17,022 bases of DNA from positions 1-17,022 of the forward strand of contig CAVPXM010000092.1 of NCBI GenBank assembly GCA_963709405.1, given 5' to 3'. The stretch is from an uncultured Nitrososphaerales archaeon. GTDB lineage: Archaea; Thermoproteota; Nitrososphaeria; Nitrososphaerales; Nitrososphaeraceae. Below are positions 1-9,882 of the stretch, one piece after another (within the stretch, counting starts at the first letter, position 1; the number at the start of each line of letters is the position of its first letter). The notes under the pieces were generated by a model, which ran no database searches, had not been told where the DNA came from, and saw only the letters and a list, made by a program, of their open reading frames with translations. The position numbers and the translations under genes are program-made.

Positions 1-224
1 TAGTAAATGCCTTGTAGCTGATAATCTTACTTTGCTTGAAGAATCAAATTCATATTAGGGCAGAGCAGAGATTATGAAGTTATATTTCAATCTAATTCGC
101 AGTATTTGTGAGTAATTGATATGGAATTGTGTTTCATATAGGCGAACTAAATCAATAATATATTTTAATATTGATGAGTAGAAAATAGTATCTTACAATA
201 TCGTTCGGCAAATTCAGTCAAAAT

Positions 225-461
225 TCAAGCTTTAGGTTCTAGATTCACTATGAGCTTACCTGTGAAGGTTCCGGTTATACCTATTAGTAGTAGACCAATT
301 TTATCTAATTCGTTGATGAAATGTTGGTTTATGAATTTCGTTTTCAGCCTGAGACGCCCTGTCTGAATATCTTGTTCTAACCCTTTTATATCAATGCCTA
401 TCATTTCAATTTTCTTTTGCCATCTTGCTAAACCATCGTCAGATTTCACCTCATCAGCCAT
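225..461 (-). CDS. Hypothetical protein, 78 aa
   Basis: ATG-started ORF with protein-like composition; no recognisable motif. Confidence 0.5.
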   Translation of the reverse strand: MADEVKSDDGLARWQKKIEMIGIDIKGLEQDIQTGRLRLKTKFINQHFINELDKIGLLLIGITGTFTGKLIVNLEPKA

Positions 462-612
462 TGAACAATAATCTCCAATTCTACTTCATCCGTATTGACA
501 TTGGATTACTTAATCCTTTTCTGTGTCGATATTCCTAGCGATATCCCTATTGTGTTATTCGTTGACTCGATTCGATACTTGGAATTTAGTGTGCTTTACT
601 TGAACATGTTTC

Positions 613-762
613 TTATTGGGGGGGAGGTCCAGTCTTACCGCCCTCCAGCATCCTATTATAGAAGTTCTGTTTATAATATCTTTCATAAAAGGAAGTGTGA
701 TTTTCCTCTAAATGCATCAGGTATTCGTGCACTCTCTGGGCGGCTTCTCTTCCAGATGACAT
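613..762 (-). CDS. Possible small hypothetical protein, 49 aa (MSSGREAAQRVHEYLMHLEENHTSFYERYYKQNFYNRMLEGGKTGPPPQ)
   Basis: Read manually: ATG at 762-760, TAA at 615-613. Below the ORF-track cutoff; overlaps the 3' end of the 683-1111 ORF in another frame. Confidence 0.3.
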   Translation of the reverse strand: MSSGREAAQRVHEYLMHLEENHTSFYERYYKQNFYNRMLEGGKTGPPPQ

Positions 763-1111
763 TGTTTTTACTACTAGCGACTTCGTTCAAGGCTTCATCC
801 TTTAATTCAGATATAGACATCGAGAAGGGGCGAAACTCGCCATGAACCTTGCTACTAAGAATCCACTCGCGACCTTCCCTCTCATTGATAAGCTTAAATG
901 TCAGATTATCCTCTTCCCTTATCTTCGCAATTTGAGTACCATTTAGTGATATTACAGCTTCCCGCGGTTTCCGGCTATTTATCACATATTCTGTATTCAA
1001 TCGCTCAATTACTAGGAATAATGGATTATGATAAGAATTTATAGCTTTATATGAATCTTTTTCAACCTGATTTCGAGCTGAAATGTGATTATTTTCTATA
1101 GTGCTGCCCAA
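683..1111 (-). CDS. Hypothetical protein, 142 aa, possibly truncated or chimeric at the C-terminus
   Basis: ORF track; the N-terminal ~110 aa look globular (beta-rich), while the last ~26 codons overlap another plausible frame. Confidence 0.45.
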   Translation of the reverse strand: MGSTIENNHISARNQVEKDSYKAINSYHNPLFLVIERLNTEYVINSRKPREAVISLNGTQIAKIREEDNLTFKLINEREGREWILSSKVHGEFRPFSMSISELKDEALNEVASSKNNVIWKRSRPESARIPDAFRGKSHFLL

Positions 1112-1237
1112 ACAAGTGAGTCATTCAGATTAATTCATTGCTACGTCCACTTTTGAAGAGAAAATAATGCCTGGCGTGCAATCAATTAGAAATCTTTTTA
1201 ATTCATTTGTGAAACTGTGCTATATAAGGGATATCGT

Positions 1238-1756
1238 GTGAAGTCTAACTTATTGTTGTCCATAGTTGGCACTAGCCTGTTGTTATTGATATTTGGTATT
1301 CCATTTTTGAAAGGAGGTCCGGTCGAATTTTTTGCTTCAGGTCTGGATCTAAAGCCTGCCAGTGGTAATCACTCGTTGTACATGCTCGCAAATATTACTA
1401 TAAATGGATTCAACCTACTAGCCGATGTTCCGACCACGAACGATCAATTTCAAAAAGGATTAGATATTAAAGATCATATTAAGGAGAACGAAGGGATGCT
1501 ATTCATTTTCAAACAGCCGGGTAAATACCCTTTTTGGATGCATGGCATGAAATTTCCGATAGATATCATCTGGCTTGATAATGATAGTAATGTTGTACAT
1601 GTAGAACATAACTTGTCACCATGTGTAATCGATCTTATGTGTCCAACGTACTCGCCGGAAAGAGACGCGATGTACGTGTTGGAAACCAAGGCGGGTTTTT
1701 CTGAAAGACATAATGTAAAGACGGGCTCGCACATGAATTATCATTTGATCAGATAA
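1238..1756 (+). CDS. DUF192 family protein with N-terminal membrane anchor
   Basis: Motifs KGL...EGMLFIF...FWMHGMKFPIDIIWLD...YVLETKAG are typical of DUF192; hydrophobic N-terminus. Start uncertain (GTG 1217, GTG 1238 or a later TTG). Confidence 0.9.
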   Translation: MKSNLLLSIVGTSLLLLIFGIPFLKGGPVEFFASGLDLKPASGNHSLYMLANITINGFNLLADVPTTNDQFQKGLDIKDHIKENEGMLFIFKQPGKYPFWMHGMKFPIDIIWLDNDSNVVHVEHNLSPCVIDLMCPTYSPERDAMYVLETKAGFSERHNVKTGSHMNYHLIR

Positions 1757-2047
1757 TCAATCTTGGACGAGAGTAACTATCTAAAGACCAGATATACAAG
1801 TTGAGCAATAATATAATGACTGCAGCGATTGACATTTTGATGGCAAACGAATCTATTTTTCGTCTTGGTAATAGCCGACTAAATAGATTAGCATATCAGG
1901 ATGATGGCACTTGAAGGAAAGAATTTGTAACATAGAGTGTATATGTTAATGAAAGTTGATGGTACATGTAATATTGCTCTCAGAAATGTCCTATCACTTG
2001 ATCCTTGACAATCCTTAAGTAATTGTTATTAGGTAAGGTAAGATTAC

Positions 2048-2728
2048 ATGGAATTAAAAATAACGGCTGTCATAGTATTCTTGATAGCAAACCTGTTTAC
2101 AATAGGATTGGTCTCTTTCCAGTCGAGCATCGTTAATGAAACATATGCAGCGTCCTCGAATGCAACTAATGCAACTAATGCAACATCGAATACAATGCAG
2201 GCTGCTCTTCAAAAAGAAGCGCTCAAATTAACCCCACCATCTTCTTCTAACGATGCTCAAATAACAACGACGAAAAATTCTATTGTTTTGGGAAATCCAT
2301 CATATATAGAATATATCAAAAGCATCCGACAACAACCTTTAGTCCTGAATACTGGACTGCATGCCGTTGGAATGATATTCATAGGTAAAGGAACGGTAAA
2401 GGGTACAAGCTTTGTACAGACTGAAGGCAAAGCATTGATTATACCGTTGTCCCAAGGAATTGCAGATATCGTTGGTGGTGGGCTTATCAGAGCTGCGAAT
2501 GGAGAAGGTGGGAATGCAACTTATAGCTTTAGGGAAATTGGCCATTATAATCCATCAACTCAGACCGCTCAAGGAACTGCGAATCAGATCATGAATGGAA
2601 CAGGAGCAGCCATATTTAACGCGAACGCCACTGGAAGCTTGTCTTTCCTTAGCAATACTGTGGTAATGTTTAAAGATGAAGGTAATCCAAGTGGTGTTAG
2701 TACGATCAAAGGATGGGAATGGAAGTAA
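2048..2728 (+). CDS. Secreted/surface hypothetical protein, 226 aa, with NAT repeats and a C-terminal WEWK
   Basis: Signal-peptide-like N-terminus, Ser/Thr/Asn-rich linker, Gly-rich beta-strand domain; 7 N-X-S/T sequons. Confidence 0.8.
   Translation: MELKITAVIVFLIANLFTIGLVSFQSSIVNETYAASSNATNATNATSNTMQAALQKEALKLTPPSSSNDAQITTTKNSIVLGNPSYIEYIKSIRQQPLVLNTGLHAVGMIFIGKGTVKGTSFVQTEGKALIIPLSQGIADIVGGGLIRAANGEGGNATYSFREIGHYNPSTQTAQGTANQIMNGTGAAIFNANATGSLSFLSNTVVMFKDEGNPSGVSTIKGWEWK
2159..2185 (+). repeat. 9-bp tandem repeat x3 (AATGCAACT, AATGCAACT, AATGCAACA) encoding NAT-NAT-NAT
   Basis: Directly visible in the sequence. Confidence 0.9.
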
Positions 2729-3252
2729 CTATATTAGAAGAATAGAACAAGCCGAATCTTTCGACTTGCCCTTTTCCTATCGGTTTGATTATCATATATT
2801 TTATCCTAAAAGCTGGTGTTAGATTGGCCTGTCCTTGTCTGTGATCCACAAAATTGAATGAAAAATTAAAAATCGCCTCAGGAGCTATAGGAAGTCTTGA
2901 GTCAACAGGTAATTTCTTCATACTGATATTTGCCCCATGAGATAATTAAATAGTCTCATCGTGAGAAGAACTACTCCGGCTAAGATGATTGATGTACTCT
3001 TTTTATATGTGCATGTTTAGCCGTCAACATATTACTCATGAACTGCGAATTGAAAACAAAACAAAACGTCAAATATAGTTTCGCCTAGTCAGTCAGCTGA
3101 GCTACATGGGAGGTACAATCGGTAAATATCGCCAAACAATTAAAAATATGCTTTCAACATAATAGTTTTGATTCCCTAAAACGCATTATTTTAGTTGTGG
3201 CCCAGTCCAATAGTTAAAGAAGGATTAAGGTCGTTTTATTTTCTTCATTCTC

Positions 3253-4083
3253 TCACCTTGATACACTTGACTGCATTGATTTACAGATCATCATTTCAGT
3301 GGAAGGACTTTCCGTAATAACTGACAGCAATAGTAGTTCTATCGGATACAAGATATTACCTACTAAGTATGCCATCCTGTCGCTATGACGCACGAGTGAC
3401 GTAATGGTACGCCACATTAATTTCAAAACAGATCGATTCGTATCAATCGGCGCATTCATTAAAACAAACATTGGACGACGCAGTATTACTTCGAAGTTGT
3501 TTTCGCGCAACGCTTTTTGAATAACGCTCAATGATCTGCTAACTTGACGTGCAGATCTTAATGAATCCTGATGTAGAAAATTATCTGAAAAAATAAAGAG
3601 GCCGCCAGGTTTTAATAATGAAAAAATATTTTTGATGGCATTGTTGTATCTCGAATCATCTACAATATGGAATAATACATCAAATGCAGAAATAATGTCA
3701 AATTTATTTTGAAGAGTTTTATAGCCCGCTTCATCTCCAATGTCTAGCTGTAAGAATTCGTTGGATGGATACATTGATCTCAAATTCTCCACAGCTACCA
3801 TTGTTATATCTGTGCCAGTTATCCTAATTACGCCGAGGTCTTTCCACAGTCTCACATAAAACCCTGTACCTGAACCAATATCCAACACGTTCACATTTCC
3901 ATAGTCAATATTCAGCTTTCTGATTCTCTGCACGAAGACCCGCCGCCTAACCTTATACATATATTCATTATATCGCCTTCCGAGGCCTTGGAAGCCTGTG
4001 CCATGTAATCCAAAATTTTCTTTTAATCTCCATTCCCAATAATCTTTAGAATTTAAATCGCTCAACTTAGGTGAACAGAACAA
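3253..4083 (-). CDS. Class I SAM-dependent methyltransferase
   Basis: Motif I VLDIGSGTG, acidic GTDIT, FDIISAFDVLFHI, LLKPGGLFIF. True start may be TTG at 4065. Confidence 0.92.
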   Translation of the reverse strand: MFCSPKLSDLNSKDYWEWRLKENFGLHGTGFQGLGRRYNEYMYKVRRRVFVQRIRKLNIDYGNVNVLDIGSGTGFYVRLWKDLGVIRITGTDITMVAVENLRSMYPSNEFLQLDIGDEAGYKTLQNKFDIISAFDVLFHIVDDSRYNNAIKNIFSLLKPGGLFIFSDNFLHQDSLRSARQVSRSLSVIQKALRENNFEVILRRPMFVLMNAPIDTNRSVLKLMWRTITSLVRHSDRMAYLVGNILYPIELLLLSVITESPSTEMMICKSMQSSVSR

Positions 4084-4178
4084 AGTACAACATATAAAAA
4101 TCTAGTGACTATCTGATCAACATCTAAAAATTACTATCTTGCTCTTGTTGTTGTTAAGATACATCACTTATCTAAAAG

Positions 4179-5018
4179 TTAAGTATGAAATATGCTCTTT
4201 ATTTTTTCGACCTGTTTTTTTCTTACAAATTGTCTGAGCTCTTCATCATAAACACAATTATACCCTTCATTTTCTGCCTTATATGTAAGATAATAATAGA
4301 TCATATATAACGAGCCACGTCGCCCTGTTACAGTCCCGGTTGAAAAGTACTTGGCGAACCTTCCTAATGCATACATTGGATGATATCCCAGTGTATGCAT
4401 ACTAGCTCCAAATTCAAAGAAGCGATGATTCAATCCTAGAGGCCTTGTATGTCGATACTTTGCTTCTTCTATTACAGCGTATTTGTAACCAAGATATTCT
4501 GCCTCATACAGAATAGCAGATTCATAACCCATTTGTTCAGGATAACTACCATTCCATCTAGTCTTTTCAAAAAAGGAATTTCTTATATATCTACCAGCAC
4601 CATGAGGCATTTCAGGTTTGTGTTTAGTATAATTGCCCGATACTACAGCTACATCAGGATTAGAATCCAAATACGAGACGATCCTAGCAGCGTAATTGGA
4701 AGGATATTCTGTATCATCTGTAGCGATTAGATGATAGTCTGTTCTAACCAAGTTTCTTTGTTTCACGAGCTGTAACGCTGCATTCCAATTCCTAACAACT
4801 CTTCTTATATCATATCCAACATCGGGATTTGTAATTATGAATAGCTCACTCCAGTTATGTTTCAGTTCTTCAAGAATCACTGGTGTATTGTCCTTAGAGC
4901 CATCATCTATAACTATAACATATTCTGGCTTCAATTCTTGATTCCTTAATGAGAGTAGCGCCGACTTGATACTGTCTTCCGAGTTCCTAGATGTCACAAT
5001 AGCAAAATAACTACCCAA
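4179..5018 (-). CDS. Glycosyltransferase family 2 (GT-A fold)
   Basis: VIVIDDGSKDNT motif, N-terminal strand IVTSRN, DXD-like ATDDT. Confidence 0.9.
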   Translation of the reverse strand: MGSYFAIVTSRNSEDSIKSALLSLRNQELKPEYVIVIDDGSKDNTPVILEELKHNWSELFIITNPDVGYDIRRVVRNWNAALQLVKQRNLVRTDYHLIATDDTEYPSNYAARIVSYLDSNPDVAVVSGNYTKHKPEMPHGAGRYIRNSFFEKTRWNGSYPEQMGYESAILYEAEYLGYKYAVIEEAKYRHTRPLGLNHRFFEFGASMHTLGYHPMYALGRFAKYFSTGTVTGRRGSLYMIYYYLTYKAENEGYNCVYDEELRQFVRKKQVEKIKSIFHT

Positions 5019-5293
5019 TTAATTATAGGACTAATGAGTAACATCAATTTTAAAGTTCTTTAATCTTTTGTTACGAGGAATCGTGGATAGTATACCACTA
5101 CGTCGGAATTCTAACGAGAATCATATAAATCCGACCTGCAATAATAACAGAAGTACTTGATAGGACTATTTGAATTTCAAGATAATCAATTTGTTCTATA
5201 ATAAGTAATAGTGTTCAATCATCTTCACTCACAATCAAAGTCGAACCTTAATTATAACAAAAAATTTTGAATTCAATGATATTAGGATCAGTG

Positions 5294-6433
5294 CTAAGAA
5301 AGCTGATAGGCCTGAAGTATATTTTTTTCGTACCTTTCCCATATCAAATCAGTTTTAGCAAATCCGAACGAGTCTTGCCTTTTCTTATATAGTAAATCTA
5401 AGTGGTCTTTGAAATATAACAGTTGAGAAACCATCTCTTCATAGCTATCAAACACTGAGCAATGACCTTGGAGCGTTCTAACTACGGGCTGAATAGATGA
5501 TGAACACATGACAAGGGCACCAGCGTGAGCATATTCATATGGCTTGTTTGGGTTGATGAAGAGATGAGCCCAATGCTTCCTCCATGGCACTAGGCCTATT
5601 GAATGATTGGAGATTTCATTAAACATATCTTGCCTAGATAGAAATCCTTTGTATCTAACCTTATCAGTTGATTTATTCTCCCAGCCCAATATCGTGAGAG
5701 TGCCAATTCCATTGTTTTCAAATAGCTCAGTAAAGCCGACCATGTTCCGATGCGGATAACTATCTATATTATGACCATCGCTGCCCGCATACACTGATGA
5801 TAATGACTGATGACATTTTGGATATTCAATATTACTAGTCTCAGATGTGAGAGGGAAGTTTGGTACAACAAACAATTTGCTCGAGCCTAATTTTCTCATT
5901 TCGTTCGAAATAGAATCAGAAACAGTAATAGTTGGAGTGGAACAAATAATCTCTTTTTCCCACTTGGCCCATAATTTTATAGCATAATAGTTTATGATTT
6001 TTCTTCTAGCATTAGTAGTCAATTCGAGAAAATTGTGACCCAAAGACTTTGGCTTAGACTCATTTAACCTTGGCTTCATTTCATTCAGGAGCCTTGAAGA
6101 AGCTGACCAGTACTCATGATCATCGTATACAAAAGGTACTTGAAATTCCGAAATCATTCTTGCAGAAAAAATATTGTGTGCATGAACGATATCTGGTCTT
6201 GTCTCATCCAACACCTTTGCTAATTTTCTCTTCACCGATTCCCAATACATTGGAATACCTAACCTTGCTTTTGCGTTCCAATTGATTTGATAGATTTTAT
6301 GAAATAGAGTGGTTTCGTAGTTCGATGGCCTACCACAAAAAAAGACCTGATGTCCATTCCTTGCTGCCGTAATAGCTGATTTTTCGACTCTCCAATCGGG
6401 TAGGCCTTCGTGAGACAAGTGCAATATTTTCAA
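5294..6433 (-). CDS. Glycosyltransferase, GT-B/GT4-like
   Basis: MKILHL start, PDIVHAHN, VYDDHEY, ITVS, VVPNFP, PNKPYEYAHAG (GT4 C-terminal motif). Confidence 0.88.
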   Translation of the reverse strand: MKILHLSHEGLPDWRVEKSAITAARNGHQVFFCGRPSNYETTLFHKIYQINWNAKARLGIPMYWESVKRKLAKVLDETRPDIVHAHNIFSARMISEFQVPFVYDDHEYWSASSRLLNEMKPRLNESKPKSLGHNFLELTTNARRKIINYYAIKLWAKWEKEIICSTPTITVSDSISNEMRKLGSSKLFVVPNFPLTSETSNIEYPKCHQSLSSVYAGSDGHNIDSYPHRNMVGFTELFENNGIGTLTILGWENKSTDKVRYKGFLSRQDMFNEISNHSIGLVPWRKHWAHLFINPNKPYEYAHAGALVMCSSSIQPVVRTLQGHCSVFDSYEEMVSQLLYFKDHLDLLYKKRQDSFGFAKTDLIWERYEKNILQAYQLS

Positions 6434-6807
6434 TTCTCATGTATCATAATCTTATCAGTATTTTAATTCCTATCTTAACAGTGAGTACGAATAAGTCACA
6501 CATTGTTATAATGCTACGCGAGGCAAGGCCTGCCATGGAAATATTACATTCATGTTCATGGTTATGGATATGCACTATATGAAATACAATCGTCAGACTA
6601 GACATTATAATTATCGTTGAATATGGTCCGACTCGAAGTTAGCCTTTGATCGACAGATTGCGAATACGAAGTCTAAGTTCAGAGTTGGGGGCGCTAAAAC
6701 GGTTCCACTCAAAGGTTTCAAATGACTACGATTGGTGCTTCATAGTTACAGATGACAACCAACCAGGAACGAAAATCCACGCCACGCCTAAGCCTGAGAA
6801 AAATATC

Positions 6808-7716
6808 CTATGTTCTTGCATATAATGACTGCATCTGTGCTACAACGTTTAACGGATTATGTTCAATCGGCAAATTCTCATGATATTGTAAACGGTAGTT
6901 TAATACTTTAAGACCACACCCGAGGGCTTCCAGAGCCGTCTTGCTTAGGTTAGGCAATAGTACTCCGTTAACATATCTGATATCCACATATACTGCGTAT
7001 TTTTTCAGGAATTCAGGCATATCCCTGTACATAATTGGGTGTTTCGCTCTATCATAAACATTGATATTCAGACGCACATTATTTTTCATACAATAACGCA
7101 TGGTTAAATTGCAATCAGTTGCTTCCGTGTCGATCGTCAAAGCCTCGTTATCTGAAACTTGTCTGTTGTTAAATCCGCGCATAAAATGTTCAGTGTCCAC
7201 TGGATTCGGAATATATATTGCCTGTTTAACCTGTGCCAAGAGATCAGGTGTTGCAACTATAGTGGCATCAGACAGTCTTTGAGCCTTCTCGTGTAGCCTG
7301 TGTTTTAATAGCAGCCTATCGCGCATCATTCTATAGCTGTAAATTGACCTTATTGCCATATCGGATAACGTTGATTTATGTGGTAATTTCACCTTCTTGA
7401 GTCCTCTTATGTCAGTTCCATGGTAATGTAAGATTATCCTCTTTGATTTCCCAAGTTCTTTACGTAACAAAAATAAAACATCAATTCTACTGTGGACATG
7501 AATTATATCAGCTGATTCAGCATGCATTAAACATTCTTCATTGAATTCTTTCTCGGAGTTTGCAAGTATTATATATTCTTTGTAAAAGTCCTTTATTCCG
7601 TATTTATCCGAGCTGCGAGTGGTTAGTACCTTTGATTCGTGTCCTTGCAGTTGCTGAAACTTGGCAAGAACAAATGCTACACCTGCCTGATCGAATATAT
7701 GAAGAATCCGTAACAT
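6808..7716 (-). CDS. Glycosyltransferase, GT-B/GT4-like (short)
   Basis: RILHI, ADIIHVH, HYHGTDIRG, IPNPVD, ALEALGCGLKV. Confidence 0.8.
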   Translation of the reverse strand: MLRILHIFDQAGVAFVLAKFQQLQGHESKVLTTRSSDKYGIKDFYKEYIILANSEKEFNEECLMHAESADIIHVHSRIDVLFLLRKELGKSKRIILHYHGTDIRGLKKVKLPHKSTLSDMAIRSIYSYRMMRDRLLLKHRLHEKAQRLSDATIVATPDLLAQVKQAIYIPNPVDTEHFMRGFNNRQVSDNEALTIDTEATDCNLTMRYCMKNNVRLNINVYDRAKHPIMYRDMPEFLKKYAVYVDIRYVNGVLLPNLSKTALEALGCGLKVLNYRLQYHENLPIEHNPLNVVAQMQSLYART

Positions 7717-7733
7717 GTATTCCCGGTAGAGTA

Positions 7734-8252
7734 TTACACATTCTCAGGGTTTACTTTTGCATCGATGGTGTTGGTTTTTTGAGTTTGCCCATTATCTTGT
7801 GGTGCATTTATAGTCGATGATGGCCTGAGCGCGGCGGTTCGAAGACTACGCCGAGTTATCTTAGTAAGCATTTCTCTCATTTGCAGTTTCTCTTCCTCTG
7901 ATACCCTTCCATCGATTAAGTCGATTACAAACAACCACATCGTGGCTCCTATTTCATTTTCCTTAAAAAGGGCATCTTGTTCCACTCTCCACTGGCTTTT
8001 TCGATGCCAATACCCAATAAATATACCTAGGGGTACATAAACTGCTATGAAAAGAAGAGCAAATCCCCATATACTATGAAATACTGAATTAAATAACGGA
8101 GCTTTGTCGATCAGTAACTTGTACTGGATGGTTATAAAATTAGCAAAAGTCATTATAAATATTAAATAAATACTGTGGCCATTACGAAAATCGAGCCATC
8201 GCCTCCTTACCCAATTTCCAGTAGCTTTTCGTATAAGGTCTCTAGTGAGCAT
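7734..8252 (-). CDS. Hypothetical membrane protein (2 predicted TM helices), 172 aa
   Basis: Two hydrophobic segments followed by a charged tail; co-oriented in the cluster. Confidence 0.75.
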   Translation of the reverse strand: MLTRDLIRKATGNWVRRRWLDFRNGHSIYLIFIMTFANFITIQYKLLIDKAPLFNSVFHSIWGFALLFIAVYVPLGIFIGYWHRKSQWRVEQDALFKENEIGATMWLFVIDLIDGRVSEEEKLQMREMLTKITRRSLRTAALRPSSTINAPQDNGQTQKTNTIDAKVNPENV

Positions 8253-8295
8253 ATAGGCTTAATGATCCTTTTTACTGTTAAAATATGTTACGCAT

Positions 8296-9838
8296 TCATT
8301 TGATATGAGTTTGGTTGATAACCTTCGCCGGCTGCGTCATGTGTGAATACACTCTCGATATAGTGATGATTTCAGATGAATAAACGCTTTTGATCTTCAG
8401 GCCACGGAGATCAGGACTTTCTCCCTTCAATGCGAATAAGTAACTATTTTGGGATTTTAAATTTCGTAAAAAATCGACAAGACCGTCATTGTTATTGAAA
8501 AAATGAAAGGTCCTGCCTTTTTCAAGCTCTAGTTCCATCCATCCCCTTAAGTGACTTGCTCCAATTATAGTTGCATTTGGTTTGGTATTTTTATTGATCC
8601 AATCTATGGCAGACAATAGCTTAGGATTCTCCTTTATATCAACTGAATTGAACTGCATGCTGACTGGTTCAAACGATCCCACATATCCACGCACGATTTC
8701 ATACAGTATAAACGGGCTACGATATGGTAATGCAATATAGCTTATCCCTATAATACCGAATACCGTTATTGCCATTAAAAGGACAGAATACCCCGCCTTC
8801 AAATTTTGGGCACGGACCCTTCTGCTAAGGATGATGAACCCATATCCTGCGAAAATGGAAAGAAAAATTCCAGTCAGTATGATCCATCTGTTAGCAACCA
8901 AAGATTCATTATTTGGAAAGAGTATCCATGAAAACGAGCCAAAAAGAGTGATTAGGAGTGCTATTTTTAGGATTTTATTATTATTCTGGTATCGCAAACC
9001 TAGCAAAGATGTAGGCAATAACAGACCGTTCACAATAATAAAAGAAACTAACAGATTGAACCCGTTGTAAGAGTTGGGGTTTATTCCCGAATGTCGAATT
9101 GTAACTGCCTGCTGTTCAATAAAACTGAAATTAATAACGTTACTCCACAGATTAGAGCCCGTGAACACAGCGATTATAAATATACAGAAGGCAATAATTG
9201 AACTCACAAGGGCTATCCTACAACTGGATTTAACAGCATATATAAGTAGAGAAAGCGAAAATAATCCACCAACCATTCTGTCCGATACAACAATAATAGA
9301 GGATAAGATTAGCGATGATATCAGTTTCAGCAGTTTGTTCTCATTAATGCTTACTCTGTGAACAGCAATCAGTGAAAAGGCGAACAACATTAGTGAGATG
9401 GAAAATACATCTTTGTGCAAATCCCATGACGTACGAAGCACAGCCATTTGTACGATTACAAAGACTGATAGGAATGCGCTTTCTGCTATAGTTGTCTTGA
9501 ACATTCTTATCCCTATCACGAAGATTGAGACAGAAAGTATTCCAAACATGACCGTGGCTGATGTTAAAACGGCAATATATGGGGACGACCCGACAGCATT
9601 AGCCAATAAATGCAGCAGATAGACGTACAATGGAAATTCGTGCGAAGTAGTTTGCCAATGAAGATCGAAATTTGTCAGTACCTGGGATGTAATAGTTAAT
9701 TACATCGTAACCTATAGGATACGGATATGCGAGCACTTCGGGAACGAGTCTAAGGACGCAACCAGCTGAAAAGACGAGCGCAGCCGCACAATATTTATCT
9801 GTTACAAATCGTGAAATCGGTGAAATAAAGGAGTGCAA
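8296..9838 (-). pseudogene. Polytopic membrane protein, GT-C-like (~513 aa), split by a 1-nt insertion at ~9681-9682
   Basis: ORFs 9599-9838 and 8296-9630 join as ...YPIGYDVINYYIP-VLTNFDLHWQTTSHEFPLYVYLLH... if one G of CCAGGTA (minus strand) is removed. About 10 or more TM segments, a first-loop GYD motif and a soluble C-terminal domain (AIDWINKNT). Could be a sequencing indel. Confidence 0.7.
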
Positions 9839-9882
9839 TCTTGGTCAAATGGATGCCAAATTAATATCGTGTCTTGGATCAT

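Noticed and set aside
2937-2959. Short inverted repeat ATGAGA-N11-TCTCAT
   Set aside because: Only 6-bp arms, single occurrence; insufficient support.
6434-6807. Possible ncRNA in the 370-bp intergenic gap
   Set aside because: Slightly GC-richer, but I could not identify a convincing stem, tRNA or known RNA motif by eye; an Rfam/Infernal scan would settle it.
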